DNA from: Patescibacteria group bacterium
Lineage (GTDB): Bacteria; Patescibacteriota; Microgenomatia; Levybacterales; UBA12049
DNA: 64,000 bases
Reading direction: 5' to 3'
Assembly (NCBI GenBank): GCA_035946335.1
Contig: DASYZL010000006.1
Coordinates: 175,664 to 239,663 of the forward strand
In this document: one piece after another, positions 11,055 to 21,560 of the stretch
Layout: each line of letters starts with the position of its first letter
Position numbering within the stretch: the stretch's first letter is position 1
Notes under the pieces: model-generated
The model's input: the letters and a program-made list of their open reading frames with translations, nothing else
Told to the model about the DNA's origin: nothing
Databases searched by the model: none
Position numbers and translations under genes: made by a program

Positions 11055-11129
11055 AATAAACGTAAATTCTCTAATCAGGAAGCTTTAGCAGAAAAATGAT
11101 GAACTGTGTGAAACCGTTTTCATACCTTT

Positions 11130-12110
11130 TTATGCTACCGCTGTTCCTTCAGCTGTTTCTTCCTGATGCTCTTTGATTTCTATGCGCCATCCGGTTAATT
11201 TGCTTGCCAGGCGTGCGTTTTGCCCTTCCTTACCGATTGCAATAGATAACTGATCCGCAGGTGCGTCAACAAAGGCAGTTTGATTCGTTTCATCAAGAGT
11301 TATGCGTAAATCTTTTGCCGGTGAGAGTGCATTGATAATAAAAGTCTTTTTGTCTTCAACCCATTGAATAATATCTATCTTTTCTGCTCCATTAAATTCC
11401 TGGATAACGGCCTGTACTCGTACCCCTTTTTGGCCGACAAGACTGCCAACCGGATCAATACCTGATCCAACTGCTGCTACCGCAACCTTTGATCGTGAAC
11501 CGGCTTCACGCGCAATATCTTTGATCACAACGCTCCCTTGGGCAAGCTCTGGAACTTCTCGTTTAAATAACCCTTCCAAAAGGCTTTTATCAGCGCGCGA
11601 AACAATAATTTCTTCGCCGCGCGTACCTTCACGAATATCCAGAATAACAATAGAAAATCGTTGATTGACATGGTATCTTTCAGAGGAAATCTGTTCCTCT
11701 TTGGGCATAATTGCCTCTGCTTTCCCAATATCAATAATAATATTAGGGCCTACAAACCGCAGCACCATACCATTTACCACAGTACCGATTTTTTTTCGAA
11801 AATCAGTAATAATTGCTTCCTTTTCTTTCTCGCGTACTTTCTGTAAAATGACTTGTTTTGCGGTTTGGGCGGCGATACGACCAAAACCAGGAGGAGTTAC
11901 ATCGGTATCACCATGGATAATGTGTGCTTCTCCTGAATTTCTGTTGAGATTAACCGAATATTCTTCTACGATAATATCGGGGTGGTCTTTACGATATGCC
12001 GCAAGAATAGCATTTTCAACTGCCTCTAAAATCACAGAAACGTCAACACCACGTTCTGTCGCGACTTGATTGAGCGCTAAGTAAAATTCACTTCGCTGCA
12101 CTGCTGGCAT
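11130..12110 (-). CDS. nusA: Transcription termination/antitermination factor NusA (NTD, S1, KH1 and KH2; no C-terminal AR repeats)
   Basis: S1 and KH motifs. The start was moved to the internal Met (MPAVQRSEFYLALNQVATERG) that matches the canonical NusA N-terminus; the track ORF began 13 codons upstream. Confidence 0.85.
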   Translation of the reverse strand: MPAVQRSEFYLALNQVATERGVDVSVILEAVENAILAAYRKDHPDIIVEEYSVNLNRNSGEAHIIHGDTDVTPPGFGRIAAQTAKQVILQKVREKEKEAIITDFRKKIGTVVNGMVLRFVGPNIIIDIGKAEAIMPKEEQISSERYHVNQRFSIVILDIREGTRGEEIIVSRADKSLLEGLFKREVPELAQGSVVIKDIAREAGSRSKVAVAAVGSGIDPVGSLVGQKGVRVQAVIQEFNGAEKIDIIQWVEDKKTFIINALSPAKDLRITLDETNQTAFVDAPADQLSIAIGKEGQNARLASKLTGWRIEIKEHQEETAEGTAVA

Positions 12111-12173
12111 ACTTCGACATAGTATACCAGATTGGCAAAATGACTTCAACGAAGAACATGGTATACTACCAGT

Positions 12174-13028
12174 ATGCTTTCATATGTGACAGCGATATTT
12201 TTAGGTATGCTGCAGGGCATTACTGAATTATTTCCTGTCTCAAGTCTTGGACATAGTGTTATCGCACCAAAACTTTTTCATCTTTCACTGAATCAGAACG
12301 CACCGTATTTTCTTACCTTTCTTGTTGCAACGCACGCTGCAACTGCGCTTGTTTTGTTTCTTTTCTTTTTCAGCGACTGGAAAAAAATTATTGCGGGGTT
12401 CCTCCGTTCACTGAAAAATAGAGAGATTCATGAGGATGATACCTACGCCAAACTCGCATGGCTATTGATTGTGGGAACAATTCCAGCCGGCCTGCTTGGC
12501 GTCCTATTTGAAGATATATTAAAAAATCTTTTCGCATCCCCGCAACTTGTCGCAGGTGTTTTAGTCTTGAATGGTTTATTGCTGTTAACCGCAGAACAAC
12601 TTGGCAAAAAAAAGAACCAAAAATCAGGCACAGAAGGAAGCGATAGAAGGATTGCAAAATTATCCTGGAAGCAGACACTGCTTGTTGGCATATTGCAATG
12701 CCTTGCACTTATTCCAGGATTTTCTCGCACAGGATCTGCAATGACAGGCGGACTGCTTACCGGACTCTCCCATGAGGACAGTGGTCGCTTTGCATTTTTA
12801 CTTGCAACACCAATTATTGCCGGGGCAGCATTGGTCAAACTCCCTGAACTAGCATCGGATCAAAGCTCAATTGGACCAACGATTGTGGGTGCCGTGTTTG
12901 CCGGAGTTAGTGCATATTTTTCAGTAACGTTTCTCGTAAAGTATTTTCAGACAAAAACGTTACTCCTTTTTGCGTTATATTGCATGATTGCCGGATTACT
13001 CGTGAGTGGATTTTTCCTGTTTAGATGA
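12174..13028 (+). CDS. uppP: Undecaprenyl-diphosphatase UppP (BacA)
   Basis: N-terminal GMLQGITELFPVSSLGHSV motif and a polytopic membrane protein. Confidence 0.85.
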   Translation: MLSYVTAIFLGMLQGITELFPVSSLGHSVIAPKLFHLSLNQNAPYFLTFLVATHAATALVLFLFFFSDWKKIIAGFLRSLKNREIHEDDTYAKLAWLLIVGTIPAGLLGVLFEDILKNLFASPQLVAGVLVLNGLLLLTAEQLGKKKNQKSGTEGSDRRIAKLSWKQTLLVGILQCLALIPGFSRTGSAMTGGLLTGLSHEDSGRFAFLLATPIIAGAALVKLPELASDQSSIGPTIVGAVFAGVSAYFSVTFLVKYFQTKTLLLFALYCMIAGLLVSGFFLFR

Positions 13029-13241
13029 TTTCTTTCCGCTTTGAAACCACACGAACGCAAACACACCTAACCCAAGCAGTAAGGCGGCAACCGCATGGGT
13101 ATAATGATGTCGAGCGAGTGTCGAACTATAGCCGGGAAAGAACTGCGGTAAGGAACGCGCAGGCTCAAGAACATAGAGTACTGCAATTACGATAAGGAGG
13201 AAACCAACAATACTTCCCAGAACGACAACTATTTTTTGCAT
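12996..13241 (-). CDS. Small membrane protein (2 TM)
   Basis: Hydrophobic ORF. Trimmed to the internal Met (MQKIVVV) to avoid a long overlap with the divergent gene. Confidence 0.35.
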   Translation of the reverse strand: MQKIVVVLGSIVGFLLIVIAVLYVLEPARSLPQFFPGYSSTLARHHYTHAVAALLLGLGVFAFVWFQSGKKSSKQEKSTHE

Positions 13242-13325
13242 ACTCTTAGTTTGCGGAAAAAATGCGTAGATGTCAATGTATTTTTGTATTTGACATTTGC
13301 CTTTGATTCTCTTAATAATATAACT

Positions 13326-13964
13326 ATGGACACACAACAGCCAATAGTTCCCCCACAAATGCCAGATCAGAATACTCCTCAACCAGAACAATCAACAGGA
13401 AAACAAAAAGGAAATACGCCGTATTTTCCACCACGTACTATTGTCCTGATCGGTCTGCTTGCTGTGTTTACTGTGATCTTGCTCTTTATATCTTTTTGGG
13501 GAAAGCTATCGGGACAACGAGTTACAGAAAAATTACCTGTACCTACACCTACTCCTAATTTTGCCCATAGTATCCTTCGCATCATGCCTTCAGCCTCAGC
13601 AAGCGCGTCACCTGCAGAAGATGTCACTATTGACACCACAACAAATATTGTCAATGGTGTTCAATTTGAACTTTCGTATGATCCGTCTGTTGTCACTAAC
13701 GTAATAATTACTCCTGGCCCATTCTTCTCCCACCCAATTATCCTGTTTGACAATGTTGACCAGAAAAACGGACGGATTTCATGCGCACTTGCTTTAGCAC
13801 CACAAGACACCGGCGTACAAGGAACAGGTGTTGTCGCAACTATCTCATATACAAAATTTAATGCAGCGCAGCCAGCCGTGTTCCATTTTCTTCCGAAAAC
13901 AAAAGTGAGTGAAAAGGGAATTCTTGACTCTGTTCTTAAAAAAACTGAAGAATCTGCTTATTAA
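13326..13964 (+). CDS. Membrane-anchored extracytoplasmic protein with a beta-sandwich (cohesin-like) domain
   Basis: Pro-rich N-terminus, a TM anchor, a TPTPTP linker, then a beta-rich domain. The start is taken at MDTQQP. Confidence 0.4.
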   Translation: MDTQQPIVPPQMPDQNTPQPEQSTGKQKGNTPYFPPRTIVLIGLLAVFTVILLFISFWGKLSGQRVTEKLPVPTPTPNFAHSILRIMPSASASASPAEDVTIDTTTNIVNGVQFELSYDPSVVTNVIITPGPFFSHPIILFDNVDQKNGRISCALALAPQDTGVQGTGVVATISYTKFNAAQPAVFHFLPKTKVSEKGILDSVLKKTEESAY

Positions 13965-16321
13965 TTAACAACTGTTGCGTGGATGAGCGGTGTTTTCCTT
14001 TTTGCTTTCAGGGATTGTGTCAATGCAATAGGCAATACGTCATCCATATGTGAAACAAACGAGAAGTGTAAATCATTTATTACTTCCTTTGGTACATCTT
14101 CCAGATCTTTTTTGTTTTCTTTCGGAAGAATGACTGTTTTGATCCCAGAACGGTGTGCAGCAATAACTTTTTCTTTTACCCCACCAATTTCCAAAGCTCG
14201 CCCTCGCAATGTCACCTCACCAGTCATTGCAACGGTACGATTCACCGGAATTTTGCTGAGTGCTGACAACATTGCCGTTGTAATGGCAAGCCCGGCACTT
14301 GGCCCGTCTTTTGGTACAGCGCCTTCGGGTACGTGGACATGAATATCCGTTTTCTGGAAGACCTTATCGCTAATGCCAAACGTGCTTGCCTGTGATCTGA
14401 TATACGACAGCGCAGCTTGCGCTGATTCTTTCATCACGTCCCCTAATTGTCCGGTCAGCGTTAAATGACCACGTCCAGGCATGAGAGCAACTTCAATGAA
14501 AAGAATGTCACCACCTGCTTCTGTCCATGCAAGACCAGTTGACATTCCCGTCTGATCTTTTTTTTCAATTAATGTATCGTTGAAGATAATTGGTCCGAGG
14601 AATTTGGTAATATCTTTTTCGGTAACAGAAACTGCTTTTTTCTTACCTTCAGCAATTTTCTTTGCAACTTTTCGAAAAACGCTTGCAAGCTTTCTCTCAA
14701 GATTTCGTACCCCTGCTTCACGGGTATAATGAGTAGTGACAGATTTGATTGCTTCATCGGTAATGCTGATTTGCTGCTCCTTAAGTCCGTTCATGTCACG
14801 CAGTTTTTTCAAAAGGAAATTCTTGGCAATATGAAATTTTTCATCCTGTGTGTAACCGGCAAACTGAATAATCTCCAATCTATCTCGTAAGGCAGGTGGA
14901 ATGGTGTCCAGTACATTTGCTGTTGTAATAAACATAACATTTGATAAATCAAACGGAACTTCCAAGTAGTGGTCTGAGAAAGCATTGTTCTGCTCCGGAT
15001 CAAGCGCTTCTAAAAGTGCACTTGATGGATCACCGCGAAAATCAGTACCTACTTTATCAATCTCATCAAGCATAAAGACTGGATTTTTTGTCCCGGCATC
15101 TTTAATTCCTTGAATAATTCGTCCTGGTAATGCACCAACATAGGTTCGTCTATGTCCGCGAATTTCCGCTTCATCCCTGATACCGCCCAGGGACACTTTG
15201 ACAAACTTTCTTCCCAGTGCCTTTGCGATCGATTTTCCGATAGATGTTTTTCCTACACCCGGTGGACCCACAAAACAGAGGATTGGTCCTTTCATTTTCC
15301 CAGCGAGCTTTCGAACAGCCAGATATTCAATAATCCGTTCTTTTGCTTTCTTCAACCCGAAATGTTCTTCGTCCAGTATTCTCTCTGCTGACCTGATGTT
15401 TACCGTATCTTTACTTTCCTTACTCCATGGTAAATCAATAAGCCACTCAATGTAATTTCTAATATATCCTGCTTCCGGGTTAAATTGATTCATCTGTGAC
15501 AGTTTTTTTACTTCTTTCTTTGCTTTTTCTTCAACGTCTTCCGGCATACCGGCTTTTTTCACTTTATCCAGTAACTCTTTTGTCTCACCAATTTCTTCAC
15601 CCTCTTCTCCCAGTTCTTTCTCTATGGTTTTCATCCGCTCGCGCAGAATTGCTTCCCGCGCACCTTTTTCAAACCGTTCCTGCGTCTTATTGGCAATTTT
15701 TCGCTCAAGCTCAAGAATTTTAATTTCCCGTCCCAAAAAGTCTGCAACTTTGTTCAACCTGTCCTTAACATTACCCATCTCCAAAAGCATTTGCCTGTCT
15801 GCTTGCTTAATGTCCAAAACAGATGCAACCAAATCAGCAAGTTCAGAAGGAGAGACATCTGACATGATGTTCATAAAAACGAGAAAGTCTGTTGACTTAC
15901 CCAAATTCATGGCACGACGGAATTCATTTGCTATGTGATTACAAAGCGCTTTGACCTCAGCAGAATCTTCCAGTTCTTCAGGAATTTCAACAACTCTTGC
16001 CATCAAATGACTATCATGTTCTTCGTATGAAAGAATTTTCACACGGGAAAGTCCTCGAACTTGCGCATTGATGGTTCCGTCAGTACGGATCATGCGTTCA
16101 ATACGGGAAAGCGTTCCAATCTCATATAAATCTGATGTTGAAGGATCATTGACGCGCGCGTTTTTCTGCAATACCAAACAGACAATGCGTTCACGTTGAA
16201 ATGATGATTCAAGAGCAGCAAGACTCTTGGGCCTGCCAAAAGTTAAGACGGAATCTGTGTGTGGAAAAATCACACCGTCTCGGAACGGAATAATTGGTAC
16301 GAGTGTCGTTGCAGTATCCAT
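13961..16321 (-). CDS. lon: ATP-dependent Lon protease
   Basis: Lon N domain, AAA+ module (GPPGVGKTS) and S16 protease domain (PKDGPSAG). Length 786 aa. Confidence 0.95.
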   Translation of the reverse strand: MDTATTLVPIIPFRDGVIFPHTDSVLTFGRPKSLAALESSFQRERIVCLVLQKNARVNDPSTSDLYEIGTLSRIERMIRTDGTINAQVRGLSRVKILSYEEHDSHLMARVVEIPEELEDSAEVKALCNHIANEFRRAMNLGKSTDFLVFMNIMSDVSPSELADLVASVLDIKQADRQMLLEMGNVKDRLNKVADFLGREIKILELERKIANKTQERFEKGAREAILRERMKTIEKELGEEGEEIGETKELLDKVKKAGMPEDVEEKAKKEVKKLSQMNQFNPEAGYIRNYIEWLIDLPWSKESKDTVNIRSAERILDEEHFGLKKAKERIIEYLAVRKLAGKMKGPILCFVGPPGVGKTSIGKSIAKALGRKFVKVSLGGIRDEAEIRGHRRTYVGALPGRIIQGIKDAGTKNPVFMLDEIDKVGTDFRGDPSSALLEALDPEQNNAFSDHYLEVPFDLSNVMFITTANVLDTIPPALRDRLEIIQFAGYTQDEKFHIAKNFLLKKLRDMNGLKEQQISITDEAIKSVTTHYTREAGVRNLERKLASVFRKVAKKIAEGKKKAVSVTEKDITKFLGPIIFNDTLIEKKDQTGMSTGLAWTEAGGDILFIEVALMPGRGHLTLTGQLGDVMKESAQAALSYIRSQASTFGISDKVFQKTDIHVHVPEGAVPKDGPSAGLAITTAMLSALSKIPVNRTVAMTGEVTLRGRALEIGGVKEKVIAAHRSGIKTVILPKENKKDLEDVPKEVINDLHFSFVSHMDDVLPIALTQSLKAKRKTPLIHATVVN

Positions 16322-16371
16322 AGGAATGTATTAGCACTCTATCATATAGATTTGCTAATTGTCAAGAACCA

Positions 16372-17598
16372 TTGACATGGCTACAGACAGGCTTCTACAA
16401 TGAAACCATTATGTTGTACGCAAGTCAACTCCTTGGCAAAAAAGTCTATCAGGACAATAAAGTCTACGGGAAACTGATTGACATGGCGATTGTTGAAAAT
16501 CGTCCGAACCCTCCTGTTTCAAAAATTGAAATTAAGCATAACAAGAAAAAAGTCACGATTTCCCCATTGGCACTTTCCTTGAAAAACGGAAGATTGACAA
16601 TAACAACACAGCATATTCCACAGTTACCATACGATCATAAAGATTTTTATCTGGGTGAAGATTTACTTGACAAACAGGTTATCGATACTGACGGCAAACG
16701 ACTGGTACGGGTAAACGACGTTTTACTGGAGACTGATGAGAATGGTAAATTTCTCGTTGCTGGCATTGATGTTGGCTTTGACGGCGTATTGCGTCGACTC
16801 GGCCTACCGTTCTCAATGCATAAAAAAATTCTTCCATGGACAACCGTTGAGGCGCTTGACTATGATACTGGCGCAGTGCGGCTCAATGTCAAGGAACCTG
16901 CCCTTAGCACTCTCCACCCATCTGAAATAGCAAATATTCTTGAGGATGCAGGCACTAAAGAACGAGTCGGTATCGTTTCATCACTTCCGGCAAATCAGGC
17001 TGCACGGGCAATTGAAGAAGCAGATGATGAAACACAAGTTTCCATTCTTGAAAGTGTTACGCCGGCAATTTTCAAAAATATTATCAATAAGATGCACATT
17101 TCCGAAATTGCAGATGTTTTTAATGAGCTCACACCGGAAAGAGCGAAAGAACTCCAGGACGCACTGGGCGTTGAGCGGTCAGGGACAATCAAACGTCTTT
17201 CCTATTTTTCCGACAATGTTGCAGGGGGACTTATGAGAGAGCATTTTCTTAGCGTAAAAGGCAATATAACGATAAAAGAATTGCAAAAAGTTTTTCTGGA
17301 ATTACCAAATATCCCTGAATCCATTGTCATAACAAATGACAGTGAGAAACTGGTCGGCATACTGCAAACAAAGGATATTCTACGTTTTGACACGCTTGCA
17401 CGCCTTTCAGACATAGTCACAGAAAAAAAGTTTGTCTATCCACAAACATCTTTACGGGAAATTCTCCGGCTTTTTTCCCAATATAATTTGCGCGCGCTTC
17501 CGGTTATTGATAAAAACAAAAAGCCAATCGGACTTTTGGTCATCGACGATTTACTTGCACTGATTGAAGAGGAAAAAGAAAACAATGAAAACATATAA
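16372..17598 (+). CDS. Cytosolic regulatory protein with PRC-barrel, MgtE-N-like and CBS-pair domains
   Basis: An MgtE intracellular N-domain-like region (IANILEDAG...ARAIEEADDETQ) followed by two CBS modules. No TM domain. Overlaps the Nramp gene. Confidence 0.6.
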   Translation: MTWLQTGFYNETIMLYASQLLGKKVYQDNKVYGKLIDMAIVENRPNPPVSKIEIKHNKKKVTISPLALSLKNGRLTITTQHIPQLPYDHKDFYLGEDLLDKQVIDTDGKRLVRVNDVLLETDENGKFLVAGIDVGFDGVLRRLGLPFSMHKKILPWTTVEALDYDTGAVRLNVKEPALSTLHPSEIANILEDAGTKERVGIVSSLPANQAARAIEEADDETQVSILESVTPAIFKNIINKMHISEIADVFNELTPERAKELQDALGVERSGTIKRLSYFSDNVAGGLMREHFLSVKGNITIKELQKVFLELPNIPESIVITNDSEKLVGILQTKDILRFDTLARLSDIVTEKKFVYPQTSLREILRLFSQYNLRALPVIDKNKKPIGLLVIDDLLALIEEEKENNENI

Positions 17599-18823
17599 AC
17601 GAGCTCTCAGCAGATTACTGCCGATTTTAGTAATACTCGGACCGGGAATCATTTCCGGATCGGTTGATAATGATGCGGGTGGAATAACAACCTATTCACT
17701 TGCTGGTGCACAATTTGGTCTCAAGCTTATTTGGATACTTTTTTTGACAACATTTTGTCTTGATATTACACAGGCAGTTGGCGCACGGATGGGTCTGGTA
17801 ACAGGAAAGGGGTTAGGAGCGCTCATTCGGGAGAAGTATGCTGTCAAATGGGCAGTTTTCACCATGGCTGTACTCCTCCTTGCTAACGTGGGCGTTGCTG
17901 CATCAGAGTTTGCCGGAATCGCCTCAGCTCTCCAAATATTTCATGTAAGCAAATTCATCTCAGTACCATTGTTTGCAATAATCGTATATCTCTTTGTCAT
18001 CAAAGGAAGTTTTAAAAAACTTGAACAATTTTTTCTTCTCGCTTCAGCCTTCTACCTTGTATATATTGTTTCTGCAGTTCTCGCACACCCCAACTGGACT
18101 GAGGCAGTTAAGAGTCTGGTTATACCTACTCTCAGTTTTAAAAAAGATTTCATTATTACCGCTATCGCAGTTATTGGCACGACGATTACGCCTTGGGGAC
18201 AGTTTTTCATTCAAGATTACGTTGTGGATAAAAAACTTGGAAAAGAAGATATTCATGTTGAGCGGCTTGACGTCTTCCTGGGTTCTTGGCTGACAAATTT
18301 TATCGCATTTTTTATCATGGTTGCTTGCGCGGCAACAATCTTTATCTATGGCCAGACAATCAATGATGCAGGAGATGCTGCAAAAGCACTCCAGCCTTTA
18401 GCCGGACAATTTGCCTCGCTACTATTTGCATTCGGGTTTCTTAATGCCGGCATTTTTGGTGCTGCTCTCGTTCCTGTGTCAACATCGTATGTTATCTGTA
18501 ACACGCTCGGATTCGAACACGGTCTGAATTTTCATTTTAAAGAGGCACCGCAATTCTATGGCATATTTGCATTTATTATATTTGTCGGGGCACTATTAAC
18601 TATTCTTCCCTTTATACCTCTGCTAACGATCCTTTTCTGGGCGCAGGTTATTAACGCTATCCTTTTGCTGCCAATTTTAGTTTTTGTTTTCCTCTTATCA
18701 AACGACAAAAAACTTCTTGGCAAGTATTGTAATGGGAAAATTTTTAATGCGGTTATTATTGCTACGTTTCTTATTATCGCGGCAAGCACTATCGCTTATA
18801 TTGTCTCTCAGTTTATCGGTTAA
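17585..18823 (+). CDS. NRAMP-family divalent metal transporter (MntH-like)
   Basis: GPGIISGSVDNDAGGITTYS (the DPGN-type motif) and about 11 TM segments. ATG at 17585 chosen; the track used an upstream TTG. Confidence 0.8.
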   Translation: MKTYKRALSRLLPILVILGPGIISGSVDNDAGGITTYSLAGAQFGLKLIWILFLTTFCLDITQAVGARMGLVTGKGLGALIREKYAVKWAVFTMAVLLLANVGVAASEFAGIASALQIFHVSKFISVPLFAIIVYLFVIKGSFKKLEQFFLLASAFYLVYIVSAVLAHPNWTEAVKSLVIPTLSFKKDFIITAIAVIGTTITPWGQFFIQDYVVDKKLGKEDIHVERLDVFLGSWLTNFIAFFIMVACAATIFIYGQTINDAGDAAKALQPLAGQFASLLFAFGFLNAGIFGAALVPVSTSYVICNTLGFEHGLNFHFKEAPQFYGIFAFIIFVGALLTILPFIPLLTILFWAQVINAILLLPILVFVFLLSNDKKLLGKYCNGKIFNAVIIATFLIIAASTIAYIVSQFIG

Positions 18824-21198
18824 AATCCCTCATCTGATAGAAGGGTGAATGTCCCATTTTGGGAAACATCAACATGGACGCGTGCACCACGAGACAATGT
18901 ATTTGTCAGTACCTGTTTGGCAAGCATACTTTCAATAGTATCTTGAATATACCGTCGTAGTGGCCTTGCACCAAATTGTTTGTCATATCCCTCCTGTGCA
19001 ACTTTTTTGACTACAGCAGATGAAAAAGATACGGCAATATCCTGCTCGGAAAGCCGTTTTGCGGTTTGTTGCAAGAGCAGCTGGACAACCTTCTCTAGTT
19101 GTAACGGCATGAGCGGCTTGAACGCGATAATTCCATCAAACCGGTTAAGAAGTTCAGGCTTAAATACTCTCTGCTGTTCCAGGCTATCAACAAGGTCTGC
19201 CTGAAATGCTTTATCGATACCCCCTCCCTGCTGTATGTGTTCACGGATAAGCTCAGAAGCCGCATTGGATGTCGCGATAATAATCGTATTCACGAATGAC
19301 ACGGTTTTTCCCTGTCCGTCGGTAAGTCTTCCATCGTCGAAAACTTGCAGAAATAAGTTGAGAATATCTGCATGTGCTTTCTCAAATTCATCTAATAATA
19401 CCAAGGAAAACGGATTGTCGTGAACTTTTTCGGTAAGTTCACCTCGAGAAGCAGGTGAACCGATGAGTTTTGCCATTCCGGTTTCGCCTGCATACTCACT
19501 CATATCAAACCGGAGCATTTTGTCTTCTCCCCCAAAATAGATGCTCGCAAGTGCTTTAGCGGTTTCTGTTTTACCGACTCCTGTAGGGCCCAAAAAGAGA
19601 AACGAGATAGGTTTCGTTGGCGAAGCCATACCAGACCGGACCCTTCGTAACGCCTCAGCAATTTCTGTAACGGCTTCATCCTGTCCGATAACCCGATCAT
19701 GCAATAATGTTTCTAAATGGAGCAAAACATTCTTTTCTTCTCCAGTAGGCTCTGCAATATTAATATGCGTTTTTACGGTAATGATTTTTGCAACTGTTTC
19801 CGCAGTCAGTGTATTTCCTGTTGTCGCAGCGTTATATAGCACTGCAGCTACGCTATCTTCTAAAAGTCTGATTGCACTTCCCGGTAGTACATCATCCTGA
19901 CTATAACGTGATGCATATAATACTGCTGCCGTAACAGCGGTGTAGGTTATGTTCACTCTGTTTGTCTCCTGTATTTCCTCAGCTTTATCCAGGAGCATTT
20001 GTATGGCTTCTGGGATAGACGGCTCACGAAGTTCTATTGGAGTAAATGCAGTCTTAAGTGGATTGTTTTCAAAGTACATTTTATATGCAGCTGGCGTCAT
20101 TGTTGCAATAACCGGCATGGAATTACTACGAAGGTATGGCAGCAATATACCGGAAATGTCCAACCCTGATACACCAAGAACGTTTTGTAACTGGGGGATA
20201 AATAAAACAACATTGTGCGCATGCGAGACTTCATCAATAATTGCCTGCAGGCGCTTCTCTAACTCGCCACTTTCCCGTGCTCCCGCAAGCAAGGAGTTAA
20301 CGAGTAGTTCAAGAACCTTTTTATGGTTTTGTTTTTTTCCAAGCTGACTGGAGAAACTCAGTTGAGCGAAAGCTGCGACAAGATTTGTTTTACCGACACC
20401 GTTTTCTCCGATAAGAAGTGCATTGTTGTTTTCGGGTTTTGAAAGTGCCTCAAGCAACTCCGTAAATTCTTTTTCTCTTGCGGAAAGATGTATATGTTTA
20501 TGGTGCAATATCTCTGCAAAATCCCTTGTATATTTTTTTGTCTCCAGTGTCCAACCGCTTACCCAGTACTCACCGATACCTTCTCCCCACAAACTCACTC
20601 TCATTTTTTTCGGATGCTCTTCAGAGGGAAATGAATACAGTGCCCAATAGGCAATGTGCGGAACTTCATCTTCTTTTATTTTTTTCTTGAGCAGTATTTT
20701 CGTCCGATCTTCCGTTAGTAGGAGATATGCAGTAATAAGATCGATTGTTGTTACATAGACACCATTTCTCATGCGCGCTAAACGGTAAGCTGTAGCAAGA
20801 AGCATCTCTATCGGTACATCCAATACTGACAACTCGTTAGGAAGTACCTCTGCTTTTTCCAGAAAGAATTTTATTTGTTCTTTTGATAATAAATTTTTTA
20901 TCATTTGCCCAATACTTCCTTCCAGCAGGGATTCTGTTGCCTGCAGGGTAAGCGCTTTACGGACATCCTGTTCAGTAATTTGCATAACGGTTTTATCAGG
21001 CAACTTCTTACCAATATAAAACAGGAAAAAAACATCACTCATGACAATGCAGGAGAGCAAAAAGAGTGGATATTTAATAATCGCAACGTTCTGCACATTG
21101 AGAAGGACAATACCAATAAGGACAATGAATACTGCAAGCTTTACCCCTGATACAAGGATTGATGCATATAACTTGTTTTGTCGCGCAATAGTTTCCAT
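18820..21198 (-). CDS. ClpC/ClpB-like double-AAA+ ATPase with an N-terminal membrane anchor; D1 Walker B is degenerate
   Basis: D1 has Walker A GENGVGKTN but FIPQLQ in place of the FIDE Walker B. D2 has GPTGVGKTE and LLDEFEKA. There are two predicted TM helices near the N-terminus. Start taken at METIARQNK. Confidence 0.7.
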   Translation of the reverse strand: METIARQNKLYASILVSGVKLAVFIVLIGIVLLNVQNVAIIKYPLFLLSCIVMSDVFFLFYIGKKLPDKTVMQITEQDVRKALTLQATESLLEGSIGQMIKNLLSKEQIKFFLEKAEVLPNELSVLDVPIEMLLATAYRLARMRNGVYVTTIDLITAYLLLTEDRTKILLKKKIKEDEVPHIAYWALYSFPSEEHPKKMRVSLWGEGIGEYWVSGWTLETKKYTRDFAEILHHKHIHLSAREKEFTELLEALSKPENNNALLIGENGVGKTNLVAAFAQLSFSSQLGKKQNHKKVLELLVNSLLAGARESGELEKRLQAIIDEVSHAHNVVLFIPQLQNVLGVSGLDISGILLPYLRSNSMPVIATMTPAAYKMYFENNPLKTAFTPIELREPSIPEAIQMLLDKAEEIQETNRVNITYTAVTAAVLYASRYSQDDVLPGSAIRLLEDSVAAVLYNAATTGNTLTAETVAKIITVKTHINIAEPTGEEKNVLLHLETLLHDRVIGQDEAVTEIAEALRRVRSGMASPTKPISFLFLGPTGVGKTETAKALASIYFGGEDKMLRFDMSEYAGETGMAKLIGSPASRGELTEKVHDNPFSLVLLDEFEKAHADILNLFLQVFDDGRLTDGQGKTVSFVNTIIIATSNAASELIREHIQQGGGIDKAFQADLVDSLEQQRVFKPELLNRFDGIIAFKPLMPLQLEKVVQLLLQQTAKRLSEQDIAVSFSSAVVKKVAQEGYDKQFGARPLRRYIQDTIESMLAKQVLTNTLSRGARVHVDVSQNGTFTLLSDEGF

Positions 21199-21200
21199 AC

Positions 21201-21527
21201 CTATACAAAAAGAATTGCTACTGTAATAAACGGCCAGCAAAGAAAAAGCAACAGGAGTAACAACTCTCCGGCTATAAGTACTGCAAAAAGTACTATATCA
21301 ACAAGAATGACAAAACTTTTGATAGTCATACCCATTCCGATGGCAAAACTGACTAATCCTTTGCGATATTCGTTTTTCCAGGGACGGAAGAATGTCTGAA
21401 CAAGGAGAGGTAAGGAAAACAATTCTAAAAACGCACTGTTCATGGACATAAAGTATTGCCATATATTTTTCGGTGCAATGAAAAACCAGAACGTAAAAAA
21501 AAGCAGGATAATACTAAAGCCCTCCAT
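21201..21527 (-). CDS. Small polytopic membrane protein
   Basis: 108-aa hydrophobic ORF lying immediately upstream of the ClpC-like gene. Confidence 0.4.
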   Translation of the reverse strand: MEGFSIILLFFTFWFFIAPKNIWQYFMSMNSAFLELFSLPLLVQTFFRPWKNEYRKGLVSFAIGMGMTIKSFVILVDIVLFAVLIAGELLLLLLFLCWPFITVAILFV

Positions 21528-21560
21528 TATGAGTAGTATACGGATTTTACCCCTAGAATG

